Below, in pieces: positions 42,619 through 52,514 of a stretch of DNA of 55,253 bases. Below the pieces are notes generated by a model that saw only the letters and a list, made by a program, of their open reading frames with translations, was not told where the DNA came from and searched no databases. Origin of the DNA: a virus (taxonomy: Duplodnaviria > Caudoviricetes); the IMG/VR virus record IMGVR_UViG_3300033052_000029, positions 1 to 55,253 of that record; one strand, 5' to 3'. Positions within the stretch are counted from its first letter, which is position 1. The number at the start of each line of letters is the position of its first letter. Position numbers and translations under genes: made by a program.

Positions 42619-45600
42619 GTGGATAAGACCGTCCTGACACTCGCCGTCGACTCGACCCAGGTCGGCACCGCTGCCGCCGCCTTTGATCGCATGGTCAATG
42701 CCGGCAACGCCGCGGCAGCGTCGGGCGCCAAACTCACGTCCACCGCTCTTGCGCAGGGCCGCGCCATTGGCCAGACCCTCGTGCCGGCCCTGAGCCGCGG
42801 CGCCGCCGGCGCGCGCACCCTGGCCGAAGCACAGAAGGCGCTGGGCGAGGATGCGACCCGCCAAATCGCGCAGCGCCCGGTCGCCCCGCGCATCGTCACG
42901 CCTGTTGCTCCCGTGCCGCAGAGCGCCGCCACTGGCCGCGCTGTGCCTGCCGCGATCCCGACCGCTGCCGGCTTCGGCCAGCTGCCCGGCGCCGCCGCGT
43001 CCGCACAAAGCGCAATCGACCGCCTTACCGCCGCCGCGCGCAGCAATCGCGCCGCCCTGGTGCAGCTGGCTCCGACCGCTGACGCCACCGTGCGCAGCTT
43101 CCGCCAGCTCAACGCCACCCCGATCAAGCTGGCCGCGCCGCAGGGCCTGTCGACCGTCGCTGCGGTCCTGGCATCAAGCGCGCGCGTGAACCCAAACCCG
43201 CTGCGCCAGGTGGCGCAAGCCTGGGAAGACACCGCCAACCAGGCAGCCCGCGCTGCAGCGACCATCTCCCAGGCGAACCGCGCCATCAGTGCCACCCCGC
43301 GCGGTAGCTTGACCATGGCGGGCAGCGCACCGCGCGCGCCGCTGTCGGCGCAGGAGGTCATCAGCTCGGCCACCGGTCAGCGTATCTCGACCGCCGCCGG
43401 ATTCTCGACGTCCGAGATGACCGTCGAGGCGAACCGCGCACAGGGTGCGATCGAGCGTCTGACCAATGCTGCGCGCGACCAGCGCAGCGCCCTGAACCAG
43501 GCCGCCGCATCGGCATCGTCCACCGCCGACGCATATCGCGAGCTGGCTGGCGTGCCGACCCCGGTCGGTGGATCCTTTGGCCCGAACGGCATTCCCGCGC
43601 GCCCGATCCCCGGTACTCCGGCTGGCGGCCGTCCTGCAGCTGGTAACCCGCTTGGCGGCGGCCGTCCCGCGCCGAACGGCGGCGATGCAGGCCCTGATTT
43701 CGGCTCGACCTCCCAGCAGCTGCAGCAGCTGAGCTACCAGCTCAACGATTTCTTTGTGCAGATCGCCTCGGGCGGCTCGGCGCTGACCGCATTCATCCAG
43801 CAGGGCTCGCAGCTGGCCGGCACCTACGGCGGCGTGCGGCCGGCGTTCCAGGCAGTGCTGAACCTGTTGACCCCGATGCGCGTGGCCGTCGGTGGCGCCG
43901 CCACTGCTGTCGCCGGCTTGACCTATGCATTCGTGCAGGGCCAGCGGGAGAGCCGCGCATTCGCCGATGCGATCACCATGTCGGGCAACTACGCCGGCCA
44001 GACCGAGGGCCGCTTCAATGCCCTTGCAAGTGCCGTTGCATCGAGCAGCCAGGCAACCGTCGGCGCCGCGCGCGAGGCTGCGCAGGCTGTCATCGGCACC
44101 GGCCAGATAGGCCCGCAGGTGTTCGACGTCGCGACCGAAGCCGTGGCGCGATATGCCCAGGCGACCGGCAAGACCGCCGACGAGGTGGCGAAGTATTTCG
44201 CCGCCATGGGCCAGTCGCCGGCGAAGTGGGCCGAGGAACACAATAAGGCCACCAACTTCATCACCGCGGCGCAGTACGAGCAGGTGAAGGCGCTGGAGGA
44301 AAGCGGCAGGGCAGCCGACGCCCAGGGCATTATCTACAACGCCCTGAACGAGCGCCTGCGCAAGCTCGAGCCGAACCTGAGCACGCTCGACCGCGCGCTG
44401 AACAATACCAAGAAGGCATGGTCCGCCTTCTGGAATGCGGCGTTCGACATCGGCCGCACCGACACGATCGAAGACAAGATCGGCTACCTGCAGAACGCGA
44501 TCACCTCGGCGCGCGCCGGCGGCAATCCGTTTGGCCAGACCGCCAAGAGCAGCATGACGCGCGTGTCTGCCAGTGCCATCCCGGTCTACGAGAGCAGCCT
44601 GCAGGATCAACTGGCCGGCCAGGCGCGCGTGCAGGCGGACGCGCAGAACGCCGCCGACAAGGCCGAGGCGAACCGTGCAGCCATCGCTGCCGATGCCGTC
44701 GTCGGAAGCTACCTCAAGCGCGCCAAGGCTGCCAGCCAGTACAAGGACAAGCTGGACGAGCTCGAACGCAGCTTCAAGGCGAAGGCAATGGCCGGCGTGC
44801 CTGTCAGCGACGCAGACCAGAAGATCGCCCGCACGCAGCTGGCCAAGGACTTCGCGCCTGCCAAGGGCCCGAAGAACAACGACGCGAACCAGATCCTGGC
44901 CGCCCAGCTGCAGACCGACCTGCGCCGCATCAGCGACGCATTCGAGCAGCAGCGGGACGCGTTTCAGTTCCAGAACGAGTTTGTCGAGGCAGCCTACCGC
45001 AACGGCAATATCTCGATCAGCACGCTGCTGGAACAGCGCCGCCAGGTGATCGAGGACTCGGCACGTGCCGAGATCGCATCGCTGGACAAGGAAGAGGCGC
45101 GCCTCAAGCAGTACCTAGCCACGGTCAAGGATGGTTCCGAGCGCACGCAGGTGCAAGGCCAGATCGAGGAGGTCGGCGTTGCCCGCCAGCGGGTGGAGTT
45201 GCGCGCGCAGCGTGATGTCGTCCTGCTGAACGAGGAAGGGGCGGCAAGCTACCGCGCGCTGTCCGACCAGGTCGTGAACTACCGCGCCAACCTGCTGCAG
45301 ATGCAGGGCGACGAGGCCGGCGCCGCAGCGCTGCGTGCACAGACCGTCATCACCAACGCCAAGCTGCTCGCGGCGCAAGCTGCGGGGATGCCGGATGCAA
45401 AGGTGGACGTGTCCGCGCTCGAGCGCGCGATCGCCATCACCGACCAGTTCAACGAGGTGCAGCGTCAAGCCTCGCTCCTGGCCGGCAACAGCGCGCGCGC
45501 CGAGGAATCCTTCCTGCTGGCCGCCGAGCAGTCGGGCCGGTCCCTGATCGAGACCGAACGCGGCCTGTTCCAGCTGCGCTCGCAGGAGCTCGACCAGCTG

Positions 45601-47271
45601 GGCGCCCTGGCGCGCAAGGCGAAGGAATTGGCCGACGCCTCGACCGATCCACGCATCAAGGCATTCGCCGCCGACCTGGCCCTCGAATACGCCAAGGCGG
45701 CCAACGCGATCGACCCAGCCCTGAACCGCCTGCGCGACGCGCAACGGGAACTGGCCGGCGGCTTGTCGCAGATCGCCGGCAATGGGCCGAATGCCTTTGC
45801 CCAGGTCTACAACCAGCGGCGCGCCGAGTCCGAGCGCGACATCAAGGCCTCAAAGGAGGAATACGACCGCCGGATCGACCAGCTGCGCGGCTATCTGGCG
45901 CAGGAGAAGGATGAGCGCAACAAGGCAAGTCTGAAGCGCCGCATCGATCAGCTGCAAGGCGAAAGCGACGGCCTGAAGGTCGAGTCGAAGGGCAAGGCCG
46001 CGCTCAACGCAGTGAACGAGGCGGTGCTCAAGCCGATGGCCGAGCAGGTGAGCAACACCGTCACCAAGCTTCTCATTCAGGACCCACTGCAGAAGTACCT
46101 GGAAGGCCAGCTCAAGTCACTGACCGAAGGCGACGGCTTCCTGGCCGGCTTCTTCAAGGATGCGCTGGGTATCGAGGCTGATCCCAAGCAGCAGGCCCTG
46201 CTGCAACAGACCGCGGCGATTACCGCATCGACCAGCGCGCTCGACGTGCTGACCGCGGCGGCGCAGAACGCCGCCAACGCGCTGGCCCGCGCGCCGGGCG
46301 CTGCATTGCCTGGCGACTTCCGCTTGCCCGGCGACGCTCCGGCTGTCGACGGCGAGCTGGCAGGTGTCGGGGATGCATCGGAATCGGTGTCGCAGTTCGG
46401 CGCCGAGACGCTCAAGACGACGTCGACCCTGGCGCAGCTGGCAAATTCAGCTGACCTTGGCGGCGGTGCGATGGCGCGCCTGCCGGGCATCATCGGACTG
46501 TTCCAGTCGGCTGTTGCCATGCTGACCAGTTCCAGCGCGTCGAACAGCGGCAGCGGCATCTTCGGCACCATCGCCGGCCTGTTCGGCGGCGGTGGCGGGT
46601 CGTACGAGGCGGCAGTTGCCTCGACCGGCATCTTCCACGTGGGCGGCATCGTCGCCGAGCCGAAGCAGACCCGCGACGTTCCCATGGGCCTGTTCGCCGG
46701 TGCGCCGCGTTACCACACCGGCGGCATCGTTGGCAAGAAGGCAGACGGAGCACGTTCCGCCCTGGCTGCCGCTGCCGAGCTGAAGGCGGGCGAGGTGCCG
46801 GCCATCCTCATGAAGAACGAGGAAGTGCTGCGCGCCGACGATCCGCGCCACCGGGCCAACCTGGGCGCCGAGGTATTCGCCAAGGTCATGCAGACCAAGG
46901 GCGAGAACTCGGCAACAGTGCTGCAGGGCCTGCTCGGGCGCCTGGGCGTGAAGGATGGTGGCGAATCTGCCGCATCCGGCGCGCTCAAGGTACGCGGCGC
47001 GCGCGAGCTTGGCGGGCCAGTCTCGGCAGGCGGCCTGTATCGCGTCAACGAGCGCGGTCCGGAGCTGCTGCAGGTGGCCGGCAAGGAGTATTTGATGATG
47101 GGCTCGCAGGGCGGCAAGGTCGAGTCTGCCGGCGCCGGCAAAGGCGAGGGCAAGAGCCTCAGCATTCAGGTACAAGTCACCGCACAGCCTGGGATGAGCC
47201 GGGCAACGGCGCAGCAGCAGGGCGCACAGATCGCGCGCGGCATCGCGCTCGCACAGAGGAGAAACGGCTGA
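42619..47271 (+). CDS. Tape measure protein
   Basis: 1550 aa, Ala/Gln-rich; QLNDFFVQIASGG...FIQQGSQL lambda-type motif; RELGGPV..GGLYRVNERGPEL C-terminus. Confidence 0.92.
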   Translation: MDKTVLTLAVDSTQVGTAAAAFDRMVNAGNAAAASGAKLTSTALAQGRAIGQTLVPALSRGAAGARTLAEAQKALGEDATRQIAQRPVAPRIVTPVAPVPQSAATGRAVPAAIPTAAGFGQLPGAAASAQSAIDRLTAAARSNRAALVQLAPTADATVRSFRQLNATPIKLAAPQGLSTVAAVLASSARVNPNPLRQVAQAWEDTANQAARAAATISQANRAISATPRGSLTMAGSAPRAPLSAQEVISSATGQRISTAAGFSTSEMTVEANRAQGAIERLTNAARDQRSALNQAAASASSTADAYRELAGVPTPVGGSFGPNGIPARPIPGTPAGGRPAAGNPLGGGRPAPNGGDAGPDFGSTSQQLQQLSYQLNDFFVQIASGGSALTAFIQQGSQLAGTYGGVRPAFQAVLNLLTPMRVAVGGAATAVAGLTYAFVQGQRESRAFADAITMSGNYAGQTEGRFNALASAVASSSQATVGAAREAAQAVIGTGQIGPQVFDVATEAVARYAQATGKTADEVAKYFAAMGQSPAKWAEEHNKATNFITAAQYEQVKALEESGRAADAQGIIYNALNERLRKLEPNLSTLDRALNNTKKAWSAFWNAAFDIGRTDTIEDKIGYLQNAITSARAGGNPFGQTAKSSMTRVSASAIPVYESSLQDQLAGQARVQADAQNAADKAEANRAAIAADAVVGSYLKRAKAASQYKDKLDELERSFKAKAMAGVPVSDADQKIARTQLAKDFAPAKGPKNNDANQILAAQLQTDLRRISDAFEQQRDAFQFQNEFVEAAYRNGNISISTLLEQRRQVIEDSARAEIASLDKEEARLKQYLATVKDGSERTQVQGQIEEVGVARQRVELRAQRDVVLLNEEGAASYRALSDQVVNYRANLLQMQGDEAGAAALRAQTVITNAKLLAAQAAGMPDAKVDVSALERAIAITDQFNEVQRQASLLAGNSARAEESFLLAAEQSGRSLIETERGLFQLRSQELDQLGALARKAKELADASTDPRIKAFAADLALEYAKAANAIDPALNRLRDAQRELAGGLSQIAGNGPNAFAQVYNQRRAESERDIKASKEEYDRRIDQLRGYLAQEKDERNKASLKRRIDQLQGESDGLKVESKGKAALNAVNEAVLKPMAEQVSNTVTKLLIQDPLQKYLEGQLKSLTEGDGFLAGFFKDALGIEADPKQQALLQQTAAITASTSALDVLTAAAQNAANALARAPGAALPGDFRLPGDAPAVDGELAGVGDASESVSQFGAETLKTTSTLAQLANSADLGGGAMARLPGIIGLFQSAVAMLTSSSASNSGSGIFGTIAGLFGGGGGSYEAAVASTGIFHVGGIVAEPKQTRDVPMGLFAGAPRYHTGGIVGKKADGARSALAAAAELKAGEVPAILMKNEEVLRADDPRHRANLGAEVFAKVMQTKGENSATVLQGLLGRLGVKDGGESAASGALKVRGARELGGPVSAGGLYRVNERGPELLQVAGKEYLMMGSQGGKVESAGAGKGEGKSLSIQVQVTAQPGMSRATAQQQGAQIARGIALAQRRNG

Positions 47272-47888
47272 TGAGCATCACGGTATTCGCGGACGTCATC
47301 CTGCCCAACAGCATCATCACGGCCGGCGTGCGCGGCAAGAACATGCGCCGCAACGACCGGGTCCGGACCGACTCGGGCATCCAGTCGATCAACGTCGGCT
47401 GGACCGCGACGCTGCGCGAGTTCGAAATCGGCATTGCTCCAATGCGGGTCGACCAGTGGCAGACGCTGGAGACTCTGTACGAGATCACCGAGGGCGGCGC
47501 CTACGGCCTCCTGATGGAAGACCCGAAGGATTGCCTGGTGACGAACGGCGTGCTGGTGGCGGCCGAAGGCGGAGGCTACCAGCTGACCAAGCGCTACCAT
47601 GAGCCGCGCTCGGGCCGCACCAAGGACCGAGCGATCACCAGGCCGCAGCAGTCCGGCCTGTCGATCCGGTCGGGCAACGCGCCGGTCTCCTTCACCGTCG
47701 ACGTCTTGACGGGCAAGGTCACGATCGCGGGCAGTCCGGACCCGGCGACGCTGTCCTGGTCGGGCCGGTTCTACCTGCCGGTGCACTTCATGGATGACAT
47801 GATCGACTGGGAGCTGGTCGCGCCGGGCAGCGCCGACGCGCGGTATGCGGCCGGGCCCTCGGTCATCCTGCAGGAGATTCGCGAGTGA
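47271..47888 (+). CDS. Distal tail protein (DUF2460, GTA-like)
   Basis: YQLTKRY, RAITRP, GRFYLPVHF..D, LQEIR. Confidence 0.82.
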   Translation: MSITVFADVILPNSIITAGVRGKNMRRNDRVRTDSGIQSINVGWTATLREFEIGIAPMRVDQWQTLETLYEITEGGAYGLLMEDPKDCLVTNGVLVAAEGGGYQLTKRYHEPRSGRTKDRAITRPQQSGLSIRSGNAPVSFTVDVLTGKVTIAGSPDPATLSWSGRFYLPVHFMDDMIDWELVAPGSADARYAAGPSVILQEIRE

Positions 47889-48760
47889 AAAGCCTGTCTA
47901 CGGCCTTGAAAAGCCACTACGCGGCCGGCACGACCACGCTGGCCACGTGCTGGCGCGCTACCTTGAGCGATGGAACCGTCGTCGCGGCGACGTCGCTGGA
48001 CCGCGATCTCGTCATCGGCGGCGTCACCTATAAGGCGGCGCAGGCCTACAACCCGAGCGACATCGACTCGGCCAGCGAGCTCAATCCGGACAACCTCGAA
48101 GTCGAGGGCTTTCTCGCGTCGCCCTCGATTACCGACAGCGACATCCACTCGGGGCGCTGGGACTTTGCCCAGGTCGAGGTATTCGAGGTCAACTACAAAG
48201 ACCTCGCTGCGGGCAAGAACATCATCCGCATGGGCACGCTGGGCGAGGTGCGCGGCGGGCGCAGTAAGTTCGTCGCCGAGTTGCGCGGGCTGATGCAGGC
48301 CTACACCCGCACCATCGTGCGCCTGACGACCAAGGAATGCATCGCGGACTTCGGCGACGCCAAGTGCGGCATCGACCTGGCCGCCTGGACCGTGACGGGA
48401 TCGGTCGGCAGCGTGGCCGGCAACCGCGTGATCGCCGACCCGGCGCGGATAGAGGCGCTCGACCATTTCACCGGCGGCAAGCTGACCTTCACGAGTGGCC
48501 AGAACGCCGGCCTGTCGATGGAGGTCAAGCGATATATGCCGGGCTCGATCGAGCTGCACGAGCCGTTTTACCACCCGATCGAGGCGGGCGACACGTACTC
48601 GATGCACGCCGGCTGCCAAAAGCGTTTTGCAGAGGACTGCAAGGCGCGCTTCGGCAACCAGGTCAACTTTCGCGGCTTCCCGCACCTGCCGGGCGCCGAC
48701 ATCTACCGCAGCGGCATGATCGATTACGGCGACGCCGACGCCACACCAGAGGCCCCATGA
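47885..48760 (+). CDS. Baseplate hub (DUF2163, GTA-like)
   Basis: TTLATCW, GRWDFA, AELRGL, C.ADFGDAKC, AGCQK...C..RFGN.VNFRGFPHLPG. Confidence 0.88.
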   Translation: MKSLSTALKSHYAAGTTTLATCWRATLSDGTVVAATSLDRDLVIGGVTYKAAQAYNPSDIDSASELNPDNLEVEGFLASPSITDSDIHSGRWDFAQVEVFEVNYKDLAAGKNIIRMGTLGEVRGGRSKFVAELRGLMQAYTRTIVRLTTKECIADFGDAKCGIDLAAWTVTGSVGSVAGNRVIADPARIEALDHFTGGKLTFTSGQNAGLSMEVKRYMPGSIELHEPFYHPIEAGDTYSMHAGCQKRFAEDCKARFGNQVNFRGFPHLPGADIYRSGMIDYGDADATPEAP

Positions 48761-49170
48761 CCATTCGAGACGCCATCGTCGCCGCCGCCAGGAGCTACCT
48801 GGGCTGCAGGTATCAGCACCAGGGGCGCGTGCGCGCCGGTATCGACTGCGCGGGCCTGATTATCGCCGTGGCGCGCGATGTCGGGCTGCCAGCCGAGGAC
48901 ATGGCAGGCTACGCGCGCGTACCTGACGGCGTGGCGTTGAAGGCGCATCTCGACCGCCAGGCAAGGCCGGTGGCGTTCGCCAGCCGGCAGCCCGGCGACA
49001 TTCTGCTGCTCGCTTTCGACCGCGGCCTGCCGCAGCACCTGGCCATCGCGACCGATCACGGAATGATCCATGCGTACGCAGGAGCTCGCAAGGTGGTCGA
49101 GCACCGGATAGATGACATGTGGGCGGCGCGCATCCTCGGCGCCTACCAGTACCCAGGAGTTGATGAATGA
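48757..49170 (+). CDS. NlpC/P60 tail peptidase
   Basis: YQHQGR...GIDCAGL, PGDILL, HLAI, MIHAY. Confidence 0.9.
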   Translation: MTIRDAIVAAARSYLGCRYQHQGRVRAGIDCAGLIIAVARDVGLPAEDMAGYARVPDGVALKAHLDRQARPVAFASRQPGDILLLAFDRGLPQHLAIATDHGMIHAYAGARKVVEHRIDDMWAARILGAYQYPGVDE

Positions 49171-51554
49171 GCGGAAACCTGATCGGCGGCATCGTCGGCG
49201 GCGTGATCGGCTTCGCGATCGGCGGCCCTACGGGAGCGGCGCGCGGCTTCATGTTCGGCTCGGCCGTCGGCGGGATCGTCATGCCTGGCGAACTGCCGAC
49301 GATCGAGGGCCCGCGCCTGACCGACCTGCGCGTGCAGGCGTCCGAGTACGGCCGGCCGATCCCGATCGTCTACGGGACCGTCGCGCTGCAGGGTAACGTC
49401 ATCTGGGCTGCCGACATCAAGGAGGTGCGCAGCGAGACGGAGCAGGGCGGCAAGGGCGGCCCGAGCCAGACGACGGTCGACTATTCCTATTTTGGCAGCT
49501 TCGCCGTGGCAATCTGCGACGGCCCGGTCGAGGGCGTGCTGCGGATCTGGGCGGGGCCAGAAAAGCGCCTGGTCTACGATGGCGTCACGCTGGAGGGCGG
49601 TGCGGTCCGAATCTACAAGGGCGACGAAAATCAGCTGCCGGACCCGCTGATCGAGCAGTTCGAGGGGGCGGGAAATGTGCCGGCGTACCGCGGCACGTGC
49701 TATGTCGTGTTTGAAGACTTCCCGCTTGCGAAAGACGGCAATCGCCTACCATTTCTGACGTTCGAGGTTTCCACTGCAGACGATGGCGGGACGTGCGGGG
49801 CCGATTATGAACTAATCGGTACGCCACCGAATCAGGGCCGGCTTTATGATGTTCCTCCTGTAAAGCTGGGCGACTTCCCCAGCGGTTGTTTCTTGTCCTC
49901 AGGCGTGCGGCCAGCCGCCATGGACAATGACGGCAATCTCTATGTCGTGCTGAGTGAGCAGCTCGCCGGCGGCGCCTACCGTTGGTTCGTTCGCAAAGTC
50001 TCCATTCACGCGCCCGTAACGCAATCGACGCTCGAACTCGGCGATGCATTCAACTCGCTCTTCAGTTGCAATATCGCGTATGACCCGACCGCCAATGTGC
50101 TCGGAATCATCCAGGAGGGCCGCAAGAACTTCGCGGTGATTGATTGCAGCACATTCGAAGTCGAGCATTCGCAACTGCCATTTGCCAAGCGGGACATCAT
50201 CTATAGCGAGGCCCAGGGCCGATTCCGCATGCTGGATTCCAGCGCCGAATTTGTAAATGGCGAGCTGAGCCCGGATTGTTATGGTCTGCCTTTCCCGCGG
50301 TTCAGCGGCCAGCTTGTGGACTGCGCTCACCATGGGATTGCGGTAATCGCCCAAGGCTGGACTTACCTTGATGGCAAGCGAATTGCAGAGAAGAGTTTGC
50401 CGATTTACGACCCGGTGCGCGATCGTTTGCTAGGTGTACTTGGTCACACATCTGGCAGCACAGGGTATTACGATTTCCAGACCGAGCAAGTTGTAACGCC
50501 AGCCGACCTCGGACCAGCCTACCGCCTGCATGCGCGCTACATTCCCGCAATCGATAAAATTATCTGGAATGACGCGGACGGCTTTGTCGTCATGGACCCT
50601 GCCGAGTTTTCCCCTGCTGCATTTCCAGACGAATGCAAGCTTTTCGGCGGACGGCTGCTATATGCCGACATGAGCACAGTGCAGTTCTCGGGCGCCGTAG
50701 GCGTGCCCGTGGCGGTGCCGAACGCGCAGAACAAGGTAATTGTCGTGCCAACTGGCGGGTACAACGCTTTGAACGAACCCAGCGACATCTTCACTTTCTC
50801 GCTTGGCGTGCGTGGTGGAGGGGTGCCGCTATCCAGTGTGGTCGCGGACCTTTCCGAGCGGGCCGGCCTGACGCGGTATGACGTTTCGCAGCTCGACGCA
50901 GACATGGTCGATGGCTATGCGATCGCCAAGCAGACCGATGTCCGCTCAGCGATCGATGCGTTGCGGCCTGCCTACTACTTCGACGCGGTCGAGTCCCAGG
51001 GAATCGTCCGATTCGTCAAGCGCGGCGGCGCCGTAGCTGCAACGATTCCAGATGGGGATCTTGCTGCGCACGTTCCTGGCGATGAGGCGGGAGAGCCGCT
51101 ATCAACGGTCCGAAAGCAGGAAATTGAATTGCCGCGTGAAGTCAGTGTGGCATACATGCTCGCCGCCAATGACTATGAGCCAGCGGTGAAGACCTCGCGG
51201 CGCCTGACTGGAGCAAGCCACGACGTGGCGTCCTACGAGATGCCGCTCGTGCTCACCGACACGAAGGCGCAGCAGGTGGTAGACGTCATCCTGCACAGCG
51301 AATGGGCGGGCCGGCTGTCGTATCAGTTCGCGACCTCGCGTAAATATGCCTACCTCGAGCCGACCGACCTTGTCGTTGTCAGGGGCCACTTGATGCGGAT
51401 CGTAAAAGTGTCGGCCACACCCTCGGGCGTAATGAAGTTCGAGGCGGTCTCGGACGATACGCACTATTACGCGCCGCACGTGGTTGTCACCGAGACGCCG
51501 CCGGTGATCAAGGAAGTCGCGCAACCGCAAGCAACTACTCTGGAGCTGATGTAA
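49167..51554 (+). CDS. Megatron/central tail protein, N-terminal part with a beta-propeller-like insert
   Basis: GPRLTDL, YGRPIPIVYG, RIWA, PAYRGTCYVVF, GNRLP, RKQEIELPREV. Confidence 0.85.
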   Translation: MSGNLIGGIVGGVIGFAIGGPTGAARGFMFGSAVGGIVMPGELPTIEGPRLTDLRVQASEYGRPIPIVYGTVALQGNVIWAADIKEVRSETEQGGKGGPSQTTVDYSYFGSFAVAICDGPVEGVLRIWAGPEKRLVYDGVTLEGGAVRIYKGDENQLPDPLIEQFEGAGNVPAYRGTCYVVFEDFPLAKDGNRLPFLTFEVSTADDGGTCGADYELIGTPPNQGRLYDVPPVKLGDFPSGCFLSSGVRPAAMDNDGNLYVVLSEQLAGGAYRWFVRKVSIHAPVTQSTLELGDAFNSLFSCNIAYDPTANVLGIIQEGRKNFAVIDCSTFEVEHSQLPFAKRDIIYSEAQGRFRMLDSSAEFVNGELSPDCYGLPFPRFSGQLVDCAHHGIAVIAQGWTYLDGKRIAEKSLPIYDPVRDRLLGVLGHTSGSTGYYDFQTEQVVTPADLGPAYRLHARYIPAIDKIIWNDADGFVVMDPAEFSPAAFPDECKLFGGRLLYADMSTVQFSGAVGVPVAVPNAQNKVIVVPTGGYNALNEPSDIFTFSLGVRGGGVPLSSVVADLSERAGLTRYDVSQLDADMVDGYAIAKQTDVRSAIDALRPAYYFDAVESQGIVRFVKRGGAVAATIPDGDLAAHVPGDEAGEPLSTVRKQEIELPREVSVAYMLAANDYEPAVKTSRRLTGASHDVASYEMPLVLTDTKAQQVVDVILHSEWAGRLSYQFATSRKYAYLEPTDLVVVRGHLMRIVKVSATPSGVMKFEAVSDDTHYYAPHVVVTETPPVIKEVAQPQATTLELM

Positions 51555-52457
51555 ATGAATATCAACATGCTCCGCGACCTGGACGACGATCCCGGCTTTT
51601 ACATGGCCGCGTGCGGCAAGGACGCAAAGTGGCCGGGGTGCGTCGTCTACCAGTCGAGCGACAACGGCGCCACCTACCAGGCGATCGCCAGTGTCAGCAA
51701 GGCGGCAACGATGGGAACGGTGGTCGGCGCGCCACTGGGCGACTTCAAGGGCGGCAATGTGCCCGACGAGATCAACGTCCTGCGCGTCAAATTGAAAGTT
51801 GGAGAGCTGTCGAGCGTGCCGTTTGCCTCGCTGCTGGAAGGAGCGCAGCAGGCCGTCATAGGCGATGAGGTGGTGTGCTTCCGCAGCGCCGCTCTGGGCA
51901 GCGACGGGACTTATACCTTGAGCGGCTTTCTGCGCGGCCGGCGCGGCACCGAACACCTGATCGGCGTACACGTGGCCGGCGAGCGATTCGTCTTGCTCAG
52001 CCCGACCACGATGCATCGGGTTGCGCAGACGACAGCCGACATCGGCAAGACCCGGCTGTACAAGGCTGTCTCGATCGGCATGTCGTTGGCGAAGACGGCC
52101 GCGCAGAGCTTCACGAACGAGGCAGCGGGCTTGAAGCCCTACGCGCCGGTGCATGTAGGCGGCGGGCGGGATGCGAGCGGCAACGTGTCGATCCACTGGA
52201 CGCGCCGCACACGCGTTTCCGGCGAATGGCGGGATAACGTCGACGTGCCGCTGGGCGAAGCGTCCGAGCGGTACGAGGTCGAGATCCTGAATGGAGCGAC
52301 GGTCGTACGCACACTGAGCACCACGACTCCGGCCGCCGAGTACAGTGCAGCCGATCAGGCCGCGGACTTCGGCGCGCCGCAGTCGTCGCTGTCGATCAAG
52401 GTCTACCAGTTAAGCAACGTCGTCGGTAGGGGCTACCCGGCAGCCGCCATCATCTAG
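51555..52457 (+). CDS. Megatron C-terminal part encoded as a separate ORF
   Basis: WPGC.VY.S.D, LRGRRGTE, HVAGERFVLL, WTRRTR, VPLGEASERYEVEI, VYQLS..VGRG. Confidence 0.85.
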   Translation: MNINMLRDLDDDPGFYMAACGKDAKWPGCVVYQSSDNGATYQAIASVSKAATMGTVVGAPLGDFKGGNVPDEINVLRVKLKVGELSSVPFASLLEGAQQAVIGDEVVCFRSAALGSDGTYTLSGFLRGRRGTEHLIGVHVAGERFVLLSPTTMHRVAQTTADIGKTRLYKAVSIGMSLAKTAAQSFTNEAAGLKPYAPVHVGGGRDASGNVSIHWTRRTRVSGEWRDNVDVPLGEASERYEVEILNGATVVRTLSTTTPAAEYSAADQAADFGAPQSSLSIKVYQLSNVVGRGYPAAAII

Positions 52458-52474
52458 CAGCATTCGATCCAGCC

Positions 52475-52500
52475 AAGGCCGCTTGCGAAGCGGCCTTTTT
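52475..52500 (+). terminator. Intrinsic terminator
   Basis: AAGGCCGCTT-gcg-AAGCGGCCTT-TTT. Confidence 0.75.
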
Positions 52501-52514
52501 GCATTGGAGCCTCC

